Shown: positions 13,196 through 26,355, counted from the stretch's first letter. The stretch: DNA of 64,000 nucleotides from Sphyrna mokarran (GCA_024679065.1 JAGIQG010000005.1:84444001-84508000); one strand, 5' to 3'. Notes: generated by a model not told the origin, from the sequence alone. Numbers and translations are program-made.

Positions 13196-14193
13196 GGAGT
13201 AAAGTTATATTTTAAAGCATGAAATAAGTTTTAGAAGGCAAATGTATAAATGAGCTGCAAGAATTTTAAAAGAGATAATGGTGCTCTAATAGAGTGCAAC
13301 TGATAAATTGTTGGATTTTCTAAAAGCATTTGACAACACAGCACAAAGATGATTAATTCTTCAAGAAATAATTTCAAAACATACACAGAAGGAATTAATT
13401 CCAATAATGGAAAACAGTGAAATCAGATTCAGCAGCATTTGGTCTATATGATGACTGAATCAAAAGATAACCTGAAAGTGAGTAAACATAAAATAATTCT
13501 GGAAAAAAGAATCATGTATAAGGTCCAAACAGTGCAATGATATTGAATCATAGATTTTTAAGCATAATTAAAACTGTAAAACTGCCAGAAACTTCTGGTA
13601 TTCACACATGCAGATAAAAGTGGAAATCTAGAAGTTGCAGACAGGTACTACTCTACTGAGTGCACTGAAATGCTCACAAAAGGAAATCCATAGATCACCC
13701 AAACTGAATTTTTTGCACTACTGATCCCTTTGAAAAAGCTATGCCTTGTTGAATAAGGCATAGTTGGATTTTCCAACATCATACTAAATTCATAATTATT
13801 GCTTAAAAACCTCCAGGGCCTGAAAATCTAATTTTATATTTATGAAATGTGAGAATTATCCATGATTTTAAAACGTCAAAGTAATATTGTAAAGTTTATG
13901 TAATATCAGCTTCTACCTTGATCCCATGCCAATGTTTTAATTTTTATTTTGCTGCAGGTAAAATGATTAAAAACTGAAAGGCAATCAGTGGTTTTTACTT
14001 ATTGGTTTGCAGCATGAGAACTTTTCAATGAGGTTGATAGCAGGAAGATCAAGCAGCCATGGTCCATCTGAGCCAAAACCAGAATCCAAATAACATCGGT
14101 AAAGGGTAAAGTCACGTGACGGAGCGAGACCTTTCTGGACAGCTTTTCTTTGAAGTCAGCAGTGGATGTGTCGTTCTGTCACTGATAGTGAAA

Positions 14194-15474
14194 ATGATGT
14201 GGAGATGCCAGCGTTGGACTGGGGTAAACACTGTAAGTCGTCTCACAACACCAGGTTAAAGTCCAATATGTTTATTTGGTAGTAAATGCCACTGGCTTTC
14301 AGGGTTTTTCCCTTCGTCAGGTGAGTGGGAGTTCTGATCACAAACAGAGCACATAAAGGCACACACAGTTTACAAAATACTGATTATATGAGTCTTTATG
14401 GCTAATCAAGTCTTAAAGGTGCAGACAATGTGAGTGGAGATAGCATTCAGCATGAATTAAAGAAATGTGTACTGTCTGCAGATAGGACAGCAAGCCCAGG
14501 CAAGATAGTGTGAGATGAACCTAAGATCCCGGTTGAGGCCATCCTCATGTGTGCGGAACTTAGCTATCAATTTCTGCTCAGTGACTCTGCATTCCTTGGA
14601 AGGCAAACACAGGACATGGTGGACAGAGTACGCTTCGTCGTTCAGTACTGCGCCGGAGCAGAGAAGCTACGACATCTTCTCCAGAGTCTTCAACATGTCA
14701 TTGATAAAGACAAACATCTTGCCAAGGCCATCCCCACACGCCTACTTCTTGCCTTCAAACAACCTCACAACCTCAAACAGACCATTGTTTGCAGCAAACT
14801 ACCCAGCCTTCAGGAGAATAGTGACCAGAACACCACATAACCCTGCGACAATAACCTCTGCAAGATGTGCTTGATCTTCGATATGGATGCCATCATCTCA
14901 CGTGAGAAAACCATCTACTAGACACATGGCACGTACGCTTGCAACTTGGCCAACGTTGTCTAACCTGATATGATCGGGATGTCCCGAGACATAATACATC
15001 GGAGAGACCATGCAGACGCTACGGCAATGGATGAATGAACACTGCTCAACAAACACCAGGCAAGACAGTTTCCTTCCTGCTGGTGAACACTTCAGCAGTC
15101 ACGGGCATTTGGCTTTGATCTTTGGGTAAACGTTCTCCAAGCCAGCCTTCACAACACCATGCCAAGTTCTACACACAAGGATGGCCTCAATCAGGAGCTT
15201 GCTTGGACTTGCAACATCTCACTTACCGTCCTGTCTGGAGACAATACACATCTCCTTAACCTCGCTTAATACTACCGCCACTCACACTACCTTGATTAGC
15301 TGTAAAGATTCGCATTCTACTCATATTCTGTGAACTGTGTCAGCCTTTATAATGCTCTGTTTGTGATCAGAACTCCCACTCACCTGACAAAGGGGTAAAC
15401 CTTGAAAGCTAGCAGCGTTTACTACCAAATAAACCTGTTGGACTTTAACTTGGTGTTGTGAGACGTCTTACTAT
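14194..15474 (+). mobile_element. Penelope-like retroelement: GIY-YIG endonuclease remnant plus inverted copy of its 3' end, flanked by an 11-bp direct repeat
   Basis: NVV.LI..GCPET*YIGETMQTLRQWMNEH and EHFSSHGH at ~14950-15110; 14230-14604 is the reverse complement of ~15143-15472; TGATAGTGAAA at 14183-14193 and 15475-15485. Confidence 0.88.
14290..14323 (-). ncRNA. Minimal hammerhead-ribozyme-like motif (Penelope type), probably degenerate
   Basis: Minus strand reads CAC CUGACGA AGGG-AAAAA-CCCU GAAA GC CA GUG: intact CUGANGA and GAAA boxes, 4-bp stem II, 3-bp stem I; C where the U before the cleavage site is expected. Confidence 0.6.
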
Positions 15475-16683
15475 TGATAGTGAAATCCATTTTAGAAGGA
15501 ATTGTCATGCAGATTTGTTTGTTATAAACAAAGTTTAAGGACTACAATAGATGTATCTATGGAACAGTCAGAACAGAGTTAGATGTAATTAAAAATAACA
15601 AATAATTAGTTGCAGAAGAGGTTTTATGATTATAAAAAGAGTTCTGAACAGACTTGTATCCAAAACTTTTCTCGAAAAGCACATGAAGATGCCATTATCT
15701 TGAGCAATGATAACAATTTATATCTATTTATGTCATGTAATTACAAGAGAATATGAACAAGGTTGCCTAGATCTGTTTGACAAATGTGAGATTCTAAATT
15801 TAGTGAAGATTATTACAATAAATAGATGAAAAGCTAAAAAAATTAGGAAGAATGGAAGTTAGGTGAAATGAGTTTTCTACAAAACATTTGATTTGTACAA
15901 TAGCTTACCAATGAATTGACTGAAATAAAATATTTAAATAACTTGAAGAAGCAGAGATGTTTCTGAAAAGAGTGATTCAAAGATATCACGAGAAAATAAG
16001 TTGGTGGAGTTAGAATTCATGAAAAAGACCTATTGGTCTTGCACAAACGTTAATATCCACAATCTGGAAATATTTAAGGGTACAGTACTCAGGTGAGTGT
16101 GAACCAAGAAACTATAAATTTGTTTCTTCAGGATAACCTTACACTAGATAAGATTTTTGCACTGGGCTCTACCATCAATTCTGTTTGTCGTACAACGGGA
16201 CAGATATCATAATCTGTGATATTCAATACAAATCTTGAATTTGGCAAGGTAAAAAACCTAGCTAAATAAGCCTCAGCAAAACCAAAAATTATGTAGTCAC
16301 TAGTCAAAGGAAAATCATGCTAACATCTGCACACACAGTTGAGTAGGGATGGAACATTTCAAACACATACTCACAGATGAATTTTGTCCTGTGCCAGAAT
16401 TTTGTATCCAAAACTAAATGAATTTAACTGTAGCTTTCAGATGATATTTACATTGTTTAACATTTACAAATCTACTTTCAGCCAAAATTACGACTAAAAC
16501 CACCCTTTAATTGTTTACTACTTCCAAGTAACTCAGGCCAATTTCATTCCTAACGGCTACTCAAATGTTATTACGTAGACGTTTGATGTTACCACATTCT
16601 GACAGACTGAGAAAAACTACAAAAGCAAGTGGTTGACTCTCAGTTAAGTGCAGACACTTAGAGGTTATAAAGGAACGGTTTAC

Positions 16684-16974
16684 CTGCTGATCCAAATCCT
16701 CCAAGTGCTGAGCCAATAGCAGCTCCCAGAGAGTTACTGCTTCCAAAGCTAAGTGATGTGTTGCCCAGCTGACCTGGTCCATGAGAGAACAAGGAGCTGC
16801 TCTGAGAACTATTTGATAAGGAGCTATTGCCATAAAAAGAATTTGACTGCAAGTTGTTGTTTTGCTGTTGCTGCTGCTGCTGTTGCTGCTGCTGCTGAGC
16901 TCCAATTGGACGGAAGAGGCCATTTGCTGCAGCTGCTAAGCTGCTTGCTGTCCCACTAGCTGAAGCTGCCGCAG
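16684..16974 (-). CDS. PUM2: PUM2 coding exon j (291 nt): [12 protein letters not shown]...GLFRPIGA(Q)12[11 protein letters not shown]...GFGSA
   Basis: Includes ORF 16658..16852; acceptor gaacag, donor G|gtaaac. Confidence 0.93.
16862..16897 (-). repeat. CAG/CAA repeat encoding Q12 in PUM2
   Basis: (CAG)4 CAA (CAG)4 CAA CAG CAA on the minus strand. Confidence 0.95.
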
Positions 16975-18039
16975 CTGTTCAACAGAATTACACAAAGATT
17001 TAGTTCCAAGACAAGCAACATGCTCCAATTAGAAATAAATTGAAACTTGAGTTAACGAAATGGTTCCATTGCCGTTCTGAATTTAAAGAAATTGCTTCAT
17101 GCAAATGCACAAAAATCTCAAAACTTTTGCAGCGACATTAGATATTATGTAAAGTTACAACAAACTTTCTCAAGCGTTGTAAACCTTCAATTAAATCAGA
17201 AACCTGAATCTAAATGAGTCTAGAAAAATACTTGGCACTAAACCCCAAGTAGTAAGCATGGTTTAAGCTTTTTTTTTCATTTTTTGTGGTGCTGTCAAAC
17301 TGCAAGATCACATTAAAATCAGTAATTACGTGACTGTGTAGGAATAAAAAGTAAAATTACCCACCTCATAGGATCTTCCTTATTCTTCAAAGGGAAGCAT
17401 CCTTCACATATCAATAGGAGTAAGCCTAGGTTACCAATGGGGAAAAATCAAAAGGGTGAAGGTCCATGTGGATCATACCGTGTCAAAAGTCTAAAGGGAC
17501 TTCACCCTGATGACCCATGGTGTTCTAATTTGTTACCCAAGAAAAGCTAAAAATTGGAACACAAAAATAATTCTGCAAGATATGCCCCAAAAAGGGGCAA
17601 GCTGAGGCTGACTGGGTGTTGTATGTGGAGGATGCTTCCAGTTGAAAATGAGGAGCATCCTCAAGATAAAGTTATTTTCTTCCTCATTTCAGCATCCTCC
17701 ACAAAAAAGGAAATATGAAATAAATTAATGTAATGAAGTTATGCCCTTTAACAAAGAAAAATAAAAAGGTACGATTATTGATCATTTATATAAAAATAAT
17801 GTTATCAACAAGACAAAACAAGTACTAGGATTATTGAAGAAATTCTTATGATAACTAATGGTAGAATATCCTGAACTTACTGCAGAGCTCATTGGTGAGG
17901 TCTGTGCAATGTAAAGCACAATTTTATGTACCCGCTTGAATGGTCATTGAAAAAGTTTTAAAGAGGAGCTAAAATAACAGGCATTGAAATTAAGACCTTG
18001 AATAAAAAGAGAGAACCATGCTTTTAAATACCAAGTCGT

Positions 18040-18770
18040 ACTAACACAATTCAGAAACTAATAAAGTTGTTTGATGCTGGTCTCTAAAGGACTAGAATAC
18101 GAGGAGATAGAAGTCATGCTTTAACTTTAAAAAGGCCTGGTGAGACCTGGTCTAGGCAAACAGTTCTAGGCACCACACCTTAGGAAATGGTTATACTGGC
18201 TTTAGCAGGAGTATGGAATAGATTTATCAGAAGAATACTTCATATCTACACGAGGCCTATAATTTGTAACAATATTTTTAAGGGTATGTACAGACCCAGG
18301 TAAACATTAGGAAAAGTGAAAGGTTAAGCCATCTGGCACGTCAAACATGCTGCATCATTAAATAAGGTTATGGTTAAACTGCTTCATCAACTCCATTTTT
18401 CTGCATTATCACCAAATCCTGGAATTTTTTTCTATCCAATAACTTATTGATCTCTGCCTTGAATATACAACATGACTCTCAAGTCAGAGAAGTCCAAAAA
18501 TTCACAAGCCTTATCTCAGTCCTAAATTGGTGACCCCTGATTCTGCGACAGTGACTCCAAATTCTAGGCTCCCTAGCCAGGGGAACCATCCTGTAACAGC
18601 ATCACCCTATCAAAAAATTTTTATTTTATTTCAACGAGATCACCTTTCAATCTTTTAAACGTTCAGGAATAAGTGGTTAGACTACTTAATCTCCTGCCCC
18701 AGGGCATTCCCCTCAGCCGAGGAATGAATCTAGTGAACATGCCTTTTCTCTAAGGAGAATAAATCCTTCA
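18040..18770. mobile_element. Two decayed CR1-clade fragments (+ ~18040-18260; - ~18370-18770)
   Basis: Plus: KGLEY..L*KGLVRP-like. Minus: similar to the 25700-26350 element (ctcagtcctaaat..). Confidence 0.55.
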
Positions 18771-19249
18771 AGGTGAACAAATGCTCCTTCAAAATACGAA
18801 TTTTTACTAGTATCAAGCAAAACGCCCTTAGCAAAAACTGCTCATATTTGTGAAATGTTTTTGTGATAAGTTTCCTAAGGCAATACATCGTGGAACTGAT
18901 TAGGAATAAAATTATCTTATAGATATTATTGTGTAAGGAGACCCGGTCATTTACCAATATCATACTAAAGATCCCTTGGGAAATAATAATCACAATACCA
19001 CTGAGTTCCATATTAAGTCTGAGAATGGCATACTCCAACCACAAACAAGAATCTTAACCTTAGATAAAGCCAATTGCATAAGGTATGAAAAGAGAACTGG
19101 CTATGGTTAATTGGATAAATAGACTGAAAGATATGGTAAATGAAATGGGAAACATTTAAAAAAAACAAATTCAAAATGTTACAACTAAAATACTTCCCAA
19201 TATAAATTGGAAACTCATCAAAGATCCAGTGAGAGCTCACTCAGGAAGT

Positions 19250-21060
19250 TACGGGTTATGTTGGATTAAACAAAGAAGCTTAAAATGTTGCAAAGAACAG
19301 CAGAAGGACAGAAGATTGGGACTACTTTAGAAGTCAGCAAAAGGCCTGCAAAAAAATTGAATAGCCAAAACACTTCTACAAATTCTTGTAAACATTGGTC
19401 CCTCAGGAGCAGAAACAGGAAAAATTATCATGGGTAAATAAAAAAATTGTAGAGAACTAAACAAATATTTTGTGACTGTCTTCAATATAGAAGACAAGTT
19501 TGTATACCACAAACAGAGGGTAACATTAGGGCTAAAAACAGCAGGGTAATTAAAGTAATTAGCATTCCCAGAGAAAAAAAATGGAAAAATTTAAGCGACT
19601 AAAATATGACAAATCTTCAGGACCTGATGATCTACAACCTAGTGTTCCAAAAAAGACAGCTGCAGAGATAGTGGGTGCACTAGCTGATTTTCCAAGATTC
19701 CTTAGATTCAGGAACTATTCCATCAGATTAGAACCTGGCAAACATAACATAGATTTTTAAGAAAGGAGGGGGAGAGTGAAAGAGGGAAAGACAGTAAACA
19801 GGGAAATACAGGCCAGTAAGCCTAATATCAGTCATCTGCAATATGGTAGAACCCATTATTAAGGAAGTCTTAACTATGTGCTTAGAAAAGTATAGTATGA
19901 TTAGAAGATGTGAACATAGTTTTACAAAAGAGGAATCCTGTTTGACAAGGTTTCTTGAGAGTGCAAATAGTTGGGTAGATAAAAAGGAACCAATAGATGT
20001 AATATACCTGAAATGCTAAAAGATTTCACACAAAGATTAATAAGAAAAATAAGGACACAAGGAGTTGAGGGTAATATAGTACTACAGACAAGAGGACTGG
20101 TTAACAAAGGGCAAGAGTGGACATAAGTGTGGCACTTTGAAGTTGACTGGCTAGGACTAGTGGAGTGCTGCAAGGATCAGTGCAGGGGCCTCAGCTAATT
20201 ATAATTTATATATGATTTAGTTGAAGAGACTAGGACCAATTTATCTAAGTTTGTTGAGGATACAAGGCTAGATGGAAAAGCAAGCTGTGGATAGGACACT
20301 AAGAAGTTGCAAACAGATGTCAGTCAGGTCAGTGAGTGGGCAACAAGATAACAGATGGAATAAAACGTGGGGAAGCCTGACGTTGTTACCTTGATAATAC
20401 TAGAAAAGCAGAATACTTTTTAAAAAGGTGCAAAATAAATGTTCATGTTCAAAGAAATTCGTGCATTTGTCAAATTAACTTGCAGGTACGGCAAGCAATT
20501 TAACAAGACAAATGCATGCTGGCCTTTTGCAATAAAAGATTGAATTACAAAAAGAAGTCTTGCTTTAATTGAACAAGGCTTTGGTAAAGCCATATCCAGA
20601 ATACTATACACAGTTTTGTTCTTCATTTGCAAGGAAGGATTTACTTGGACTGGAGGCGGGACAGTGAAGGTTCACTTGCGATGAAAGAGTGGACCCAGGA
20701 TGAGTAAATCCGTTGCTTTGAAGTTTGAAGAATAAAATGACCTCCTTGAAACATACAAGGTTCTGAAGGGAACTGATAGGGTAGATGTTCAGAGATTATT
20801 TTTGTTGGTTGCAGAATCTAAAATATGGGTGCACAGTCTCAGGAGGGAAGAGGGGGGAGGGGGGAGCAGTGCAATCACTTGGGGCTCAGGTGGAGAGAAA
20901 TTACTTCATTCAAAGGGCTGTGAATCTACGTAACTCTCTGAAGAGTTATGAATGGTTCACTGTGTAATACATTTAAGACTCACACCACAAGGGATATGGA
21001 GAGAGGACGAGAAAGTGAAACTGAAGTTCAATCTCACTAAGCCATATAGTCTCTTCATGC
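19250..21060 (+). mobile_element. CR1-clade LINE ORF2 remnant (tether + RT + 3' UTR)
   Basis: ELNKYFVTVF, KSSGPDDLQPSV, GKYRPVSLIS, SGVLQGSVQGPQL, KFVEDT, RNYFIQRAVNLRNSL; heavily frameshifted. Confidence 0.88.
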
Positions 21061-22369
21061 TCCCATCTCACATTTGTGTGTTAAAATACAAGACAGGTAG
21101 AAAAAGACAGTTTATCTCAACTTTTAGATTGAAGGGAAAGTCAGAAATTTATACTTGGTCTCTAGTGGCAGCTAACTGTTCATTTTGCATTCCATATTAT
21201 CTTATATGAGAGTAATTTTATGCTTGAAATTGGAGTCCAAGGTGCACTCCTGAGAAGCCTTTTAAGAGAGAGAGGAACTTGTCATAAACACATACCTGCA
21301 AATGAATTGGGGTCGTCACCAATTTCAAGGATAATTTTTGAAGATTTGCTTCAACTGACGGTCTTAAAGACGTTAGCCAAGATTACCATAATAACTGATT
21401 TATTACATGGGCTAAGAGACCTTCAACAGACACACAGCACCAAATCAGAAATTTTATTCTGGTGAGCAGCCAGTTTTGAGTGAAAGTATTATAATCAAAA
21501 GTCAAAATTTGGAGATTGTAAGTGTTTGAGTTCCATGTTAAGCTTACCATTAATATCATCTGAAACAGAATCACTTATCTGCATTTCACAGGACTTATTG
21601 TTGCTGAAGAGGAAAACATATTGTTGGGACAAATTCAAGGCGGCTAAATTTCAAACAACCACAACAATTTGTCCCACAGCAGACAGCACTTTGGCCACAA
21701 TTTCTGTTATTATTTTTGATGTTACACTACATCGAAGTGTTACATCATCTACCACAGAATTGCTCTTCCATTTTCTTTGAAAGTTCAACTCCCACATTTT
21801 TAGATTTTGCTCTTTAGCAGCCAACATGAGCCCTCAAATTCCCTCATTGCTAACAGTCTGAAATAAGGTCTTTTAACTTGAGATAAATGAAACCAAAATA
21901 ATCCTAGACAAAAGAATTGCTTTCCACATTTGGGATTGCACAAGAAAATGAAATATAACTTTGGTCCATCTTCCTACTCACTGAAATAATAGGATCAGTT
22001 TGATAAATGGAATATCTACTGCTTACTACAAGCTTCTGCAGAATTGAAAAGCTTGACAGTTAGAATGATAGCTTAATTATTACAGCAATAAACATAGAAG
22101 ATGACTAGTGACAACACGAAAATATTCTATGAGTTAACAATTAAGTTAATAATACTTTTTTTTGGTCTCGGGACATGTCTATAGTTTGAACCGAAGAGGA
22201 TGGTCATAGAGTTTGCAGCATATCTGCATACTAAATTTAGAGGATGTTTACTTTTAAACGTCTCTTTCCTCAGAGAAGATACTTCTTAGAAATAGCCACT
22301 GGTCTGGGTCATATGTTTCTTCACTAATATTATCAGTAGGAGCTCAATTGTTAACAGTCTTAAACTGAA

Positions 22370-22665
22370 TTTTTGAGAGTTCAAATTCCAAGACATCAGT
22401 AAAAAATCTAGGCTGACACTCTTGCTACAGTATCAGAGGTGCCTCTCAGGCAGTGTAAAAGATCCCTATTGATACTATTCCAAAGAGAAGCTGGGAAAAC
22501 GTTCCCAACACCTCAGTCAATATTTAACCAGCAATCATAAAAAAGAGATTAGCTGGTCATCATCACATTGAGGCTTGCAGCAATTTGTTGTGCATATCTT
22601 GGATGCCATATTTTTTGCACTATGACAGTGACTATAGTTCAAAGTACATTACTGATCAGAATGTC
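22370..22665 (+). mobile_element. Deu-domain SINE copy
   Basis: GAGTTCAAATTCC head, GTAAAAGATCCC.., CAATATTTA.., ACAGTGACTATAGTTCAAAGTAC; parallels the 9580-9990 copy. Confidence 0.6.
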
Positions 22666-23296
22666 TTTCTTTATCAGGCATCATTGGAGCTTCTACAGGT
22701 TGCCATCATTGATACTGAGATTGAAGTTCTGTGTATGGTTTTTAATTTAAGCATGATAAAGGATATACTCTTAATAGCTGAACTAATTGCTAAATGTGGT
22801 TCAAGTGGCACCCAAGCTTTCTTTATAAGATATGAAATGCTGCCACTGGGCCGACATAATAAGTTTTAGCTGAATCTCAATGCAAGTCTACCTGGATTAA
22901 GAAAGCTGAGCAACTGCTACAAATCATAACAAACCCCCCACCAATGAAAGTATGATGTAGCATTTGGCAATTTAATTAGCCTGGGCTGATTATACAGTCA
23001 ATGAAAAATGGCATCAGCCTGCTAAAGGTTAAATGGATTTGTCAGCTATAAGGATATATTGTGTAGTTACAGCAAATAATACAAAAATGGCTCAACCAAT
23101 GTATTTTTATGGTGCATTCCTGGAAATGCTCATTATTTAACAGAGTTCACACAAGCTTTTAGATGGAATAACGGAGATTTTTCTGTATTCTGCGATTATT
23201 TTCTTCCAATGAAGTATCAGCAATATTCTGTTGGATGTGAAGGTTTCATTTCAAAACACTAACTTATTAGTACTCAATGTGTGCATCAGAACTTAC

Positions 23297-23440
23297 CAGC
23301 TTGCGCTGCTGCAGAGCTGATGATAACAGGTGTTGATGCTACCAGTCTAACTGGTGTCCCTAATCCAGTTCTTGCTCCAGGGCCTACCACCAAGGCACCA
23401 GTTTGGTCATAGTAAGCAGCCGGGGCTAAGACTTGATAAC
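23297..23440 (-). CDS. PUM2: PUM2 coding exon i (144 nt): [48 protein letters not shown]
   Basis: Manual translation; acceptor gcttag, donor G|gtaagt. Confidence 0.95.
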
Positions 23441-23609
23441 CTAAGCAAAAGAGATAACCAGAAGTTAAATCTGTATTATGATATTATGCAGGAATATCCA
23501 ACCTCTTTCCCTAAAATGAACACAGAAAAAGAGGGCACTCAGTACAGCACATACCATAATGTTATTACAATTAAACAGTCTTACCTGAGGTATTCCCCTT
23601 CTTAGTTGA

Positions 23610-24120
23610 TGCCCTATAACTACAAAGCTGAACAAAACCTCTACTTCCTCAAGAGTTTAAGGAAATTTGACATGTTCGCTACAACTCTCTCTAACTTTTA
23701 GATACACCATAGAAAACATTATTTCTGATTATATCACAGTTTGGTATGGCCCCGACCTGTCCAAGACCGTAATAAACTATAAAGGGTCATGAACAAACCC
23801 CAGTCCATCACTCAACCAACCTCCCATTACTGACACTGTCTACACTTCCTACTGCCTCAGAAAAGCAGCCAACATAATCAAGGACTCCACACTCTCTTCT
23901 ATCTTCTTCTGTTGGGAAAAAGATACAAAGTTCTAAGGACACATACCAGCTGATGAAAGATGCTGATTTTTCTCTACACCATAGCTATGACTGTATCACT
24001 GCATTTGCACACACTCTCCTTTCCTTCCCTATAAATGGTATGCTTTATCTGTATAACGCACTAGAAACAATACTTTTTACTGTGTACCAATGTATGTAAC
24101 AATAATAAAGCAAATCAAAA
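23610..24120 (+). mobile_element. Rex1/Babar-like LINE 3' fragment
   Basis: KAEQNLYFLKSLRKFDM (KAQQRLYFLRRL-type motif), ITVWYG, AATAATAAA/CAAAT tail. Confidence 0.65.
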
Positions 24121-25234
24121 TATTAAGAACTTCTCATTTCACAAGAGGAGGCTTTATGCCACATCCAATAACCGACTCTGAAAATTCTGCCCACTTTTTG
24201 ACAATCAGGACTTGACAATCTACAAATAAGTCAACTTGCTTTATCATTGTTTTTTAAATCCCAGGATCTGAATCCACATTTTCATCAAAACTTAGACAGG
24301 TTCTTCCCTGTACCTTACCCTACATACAAGTTCCACTGAAATTTGTCCATTAATTTTTGGGATATATTTTTTACTCAAACAGACTAACAAGTAAAAAATT
24401 ACCTCTACCCACTTCAGTGACAAAGTAAAAAGATTAATACCAAGAGGACAAGTTCTATTACTCCAAAAACAGAAAAAACAGCTCATTACCTTTTCTTGTC
24501 AACTTATTTTCTCAGCAAATGCCTATCAATTTCCTCCTAAAATTAGGTTTCAAACTTCACCAGAGTATAATTTAGGTTTGATTTAAACAGCCATCACTTG
24601 GTTATCTAATTTCACTTGGTGTGTGGTTGCAAGAAAGACATTGCATGCAAAAGGAATTTCAATAATTAACAAAAACATATCTACAGGGTTCATGACTACA
24701 CTTCTGCAAGAATTACTTTAGCTTCCTAGACAGTTACCTTTAGTAAAATGGTTAAGTTGACCAGCAAAGTCAGCAAATTTTTCTAAAAACAAAAACAAAT
24801 TTACAAATAATTCCTCAACCTTTATCTGATTTTGAAACTTGGAAAGCAGCAAACATCTGTGGCCCCCTCAAAGTCCCCAATCAGTTTCTGTAATGAAAAC
24901 ACCATGTAGAAATTATTGATCCATCACATCCACATGAACCTCTGCAACAGCAATCAATCAGTCCCATTCTCATGTCCTTTCCCCATAGTGCTATCTAATT
25001 TTCTGGTAGGTAAATGCATGGGAGTGTCCAATAGCAAGTTATTTTGTATTTATGTTACTGTAGATATCAGAATTACAAGCAAGCTAAACGTTCTCATCTG
25101 ATATGTTGCACATACAGAATGAACAGTTTCTTGCTTTTTTTCAGTTACTGCTAAACACAAAACACTTCAAAACTAGGGTACTATATCAAATTTTGGACAA
25201 GGAAAGAAGTTTGGACAAAATAAAGACAAAATAG

Positions 25235-25697
25235 GAAAGAAATTAGGGCTTTAGAGAGGGTGCAGAAAAGATTTATAAGAGTGCTTCCAGGGATGAGGGA
25301 ATTCAGTCACATTGATATGCAACAGAAGTTGAGGCTGTTTCCTTTGGAGAAAGTTGAGAAGAGATTTAATGGAAGATTTTCAAAATCACGAGATGTCCAG
25401 ATGGAAAGAAGTTGCCCCCATTGGCAGAACGGTCAAGAACTAGACAACACGTAAGGTAATTGGCAAAAGAATCACAAGCACTTTTTTTTTTTAAAAACAA
25501 GGCTTGTGACTGGCATTTGGAATGCACTGCCTGATAAAGTTGTGAAGCGAGATGGATAAGCATTTGATTAGAAAAAAATCTGCAGGGCTATGGGAAAAGA
25601 GTAGGGGAGTGGAACTAGCCAAATTGCTCTTGCAGACAGTCAGCACAGACTAGAAGAGTTCGATGATCTCCTCTTTGCTATAAACATTCTATGATTA
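25235..25697 (+). mobile_element. CR1-clade LINE 3' end
   Basis: ALERVQKRFIRVLPGMR (ORF 25260..25454), WNALP, TTCTATGA tail. Confidence 0.85.
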
Positions 25698-26355
25698 AGA
25701 ACATAAGGGCATAAGAACTAGGAGCAGGCCATCTGGCCCCTTGAGCTTGCTCCGCCATTCAATAAGATCACGACTGATCATTTTGTGGACTCAGCCCCAC
25801 TGACCCACCCATTCATGATAACCCTTAATTCCTTTACTATTCAAAAATTTATCTATCCTTGCCTTAAAAACAATGAGGTCGCCTCAACTTCTTCAGTGGA
25901 CAGAGAATTCCACAGATTCACAACCCTTTGTGTGAAAAAGTTCCTCCTCAACTCAGTCCTAAATCTGCTCCTCCTTATTTTGAGACCATGCCCCCGCTCT
26001 AGTTTCACCTGCCAGTGGAAATAACTTCTCTACTTCTATCTTATCTATTCCCTTCATAATCTATAAGATCTCCCCTAATTCTTCTGAATATAGCCCCAGT
26101 CTACTCAATCTCTCCTCATAAGCCAACCCCCTCAACTCGAGAATCAATTTAATGATTCTCCCCTGCATCCCCTCCAGTGCCAATATATCCTTTCTCAAGT
26201 AAAGAAACCAAAACTGTATACAGTACTCCAGGTGTGGCCTCACTAGTACCTTATCCAGCTGCAACATAATTTCACTGTTTTTAAACTCCAGTCTTCTAGC
26301 AATGAAGGACAAAATTCAATTTGCCTTCTTAATTACCTGCCACACCTACAAACAA
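25698..26355 (-). mobile_element. CR1-clade LINE 3' end, tail-to-tail with the preceding copy
   Basis: ORF 26061..26312 LVRPHLEYCIQFW...YEERLSRLGLYS; AAGAACATAAG tail. Confidence 0.9.

Noticed and set aside
12211-16452. Pumilio response element matches (UGUAAAUA on the minus strand at 12211-12218 and 16445-16452)
   Set aside because: Expected by chance in AT-rich introns; Pumilio acts mainly on 3' UTRs, which are outside the window.
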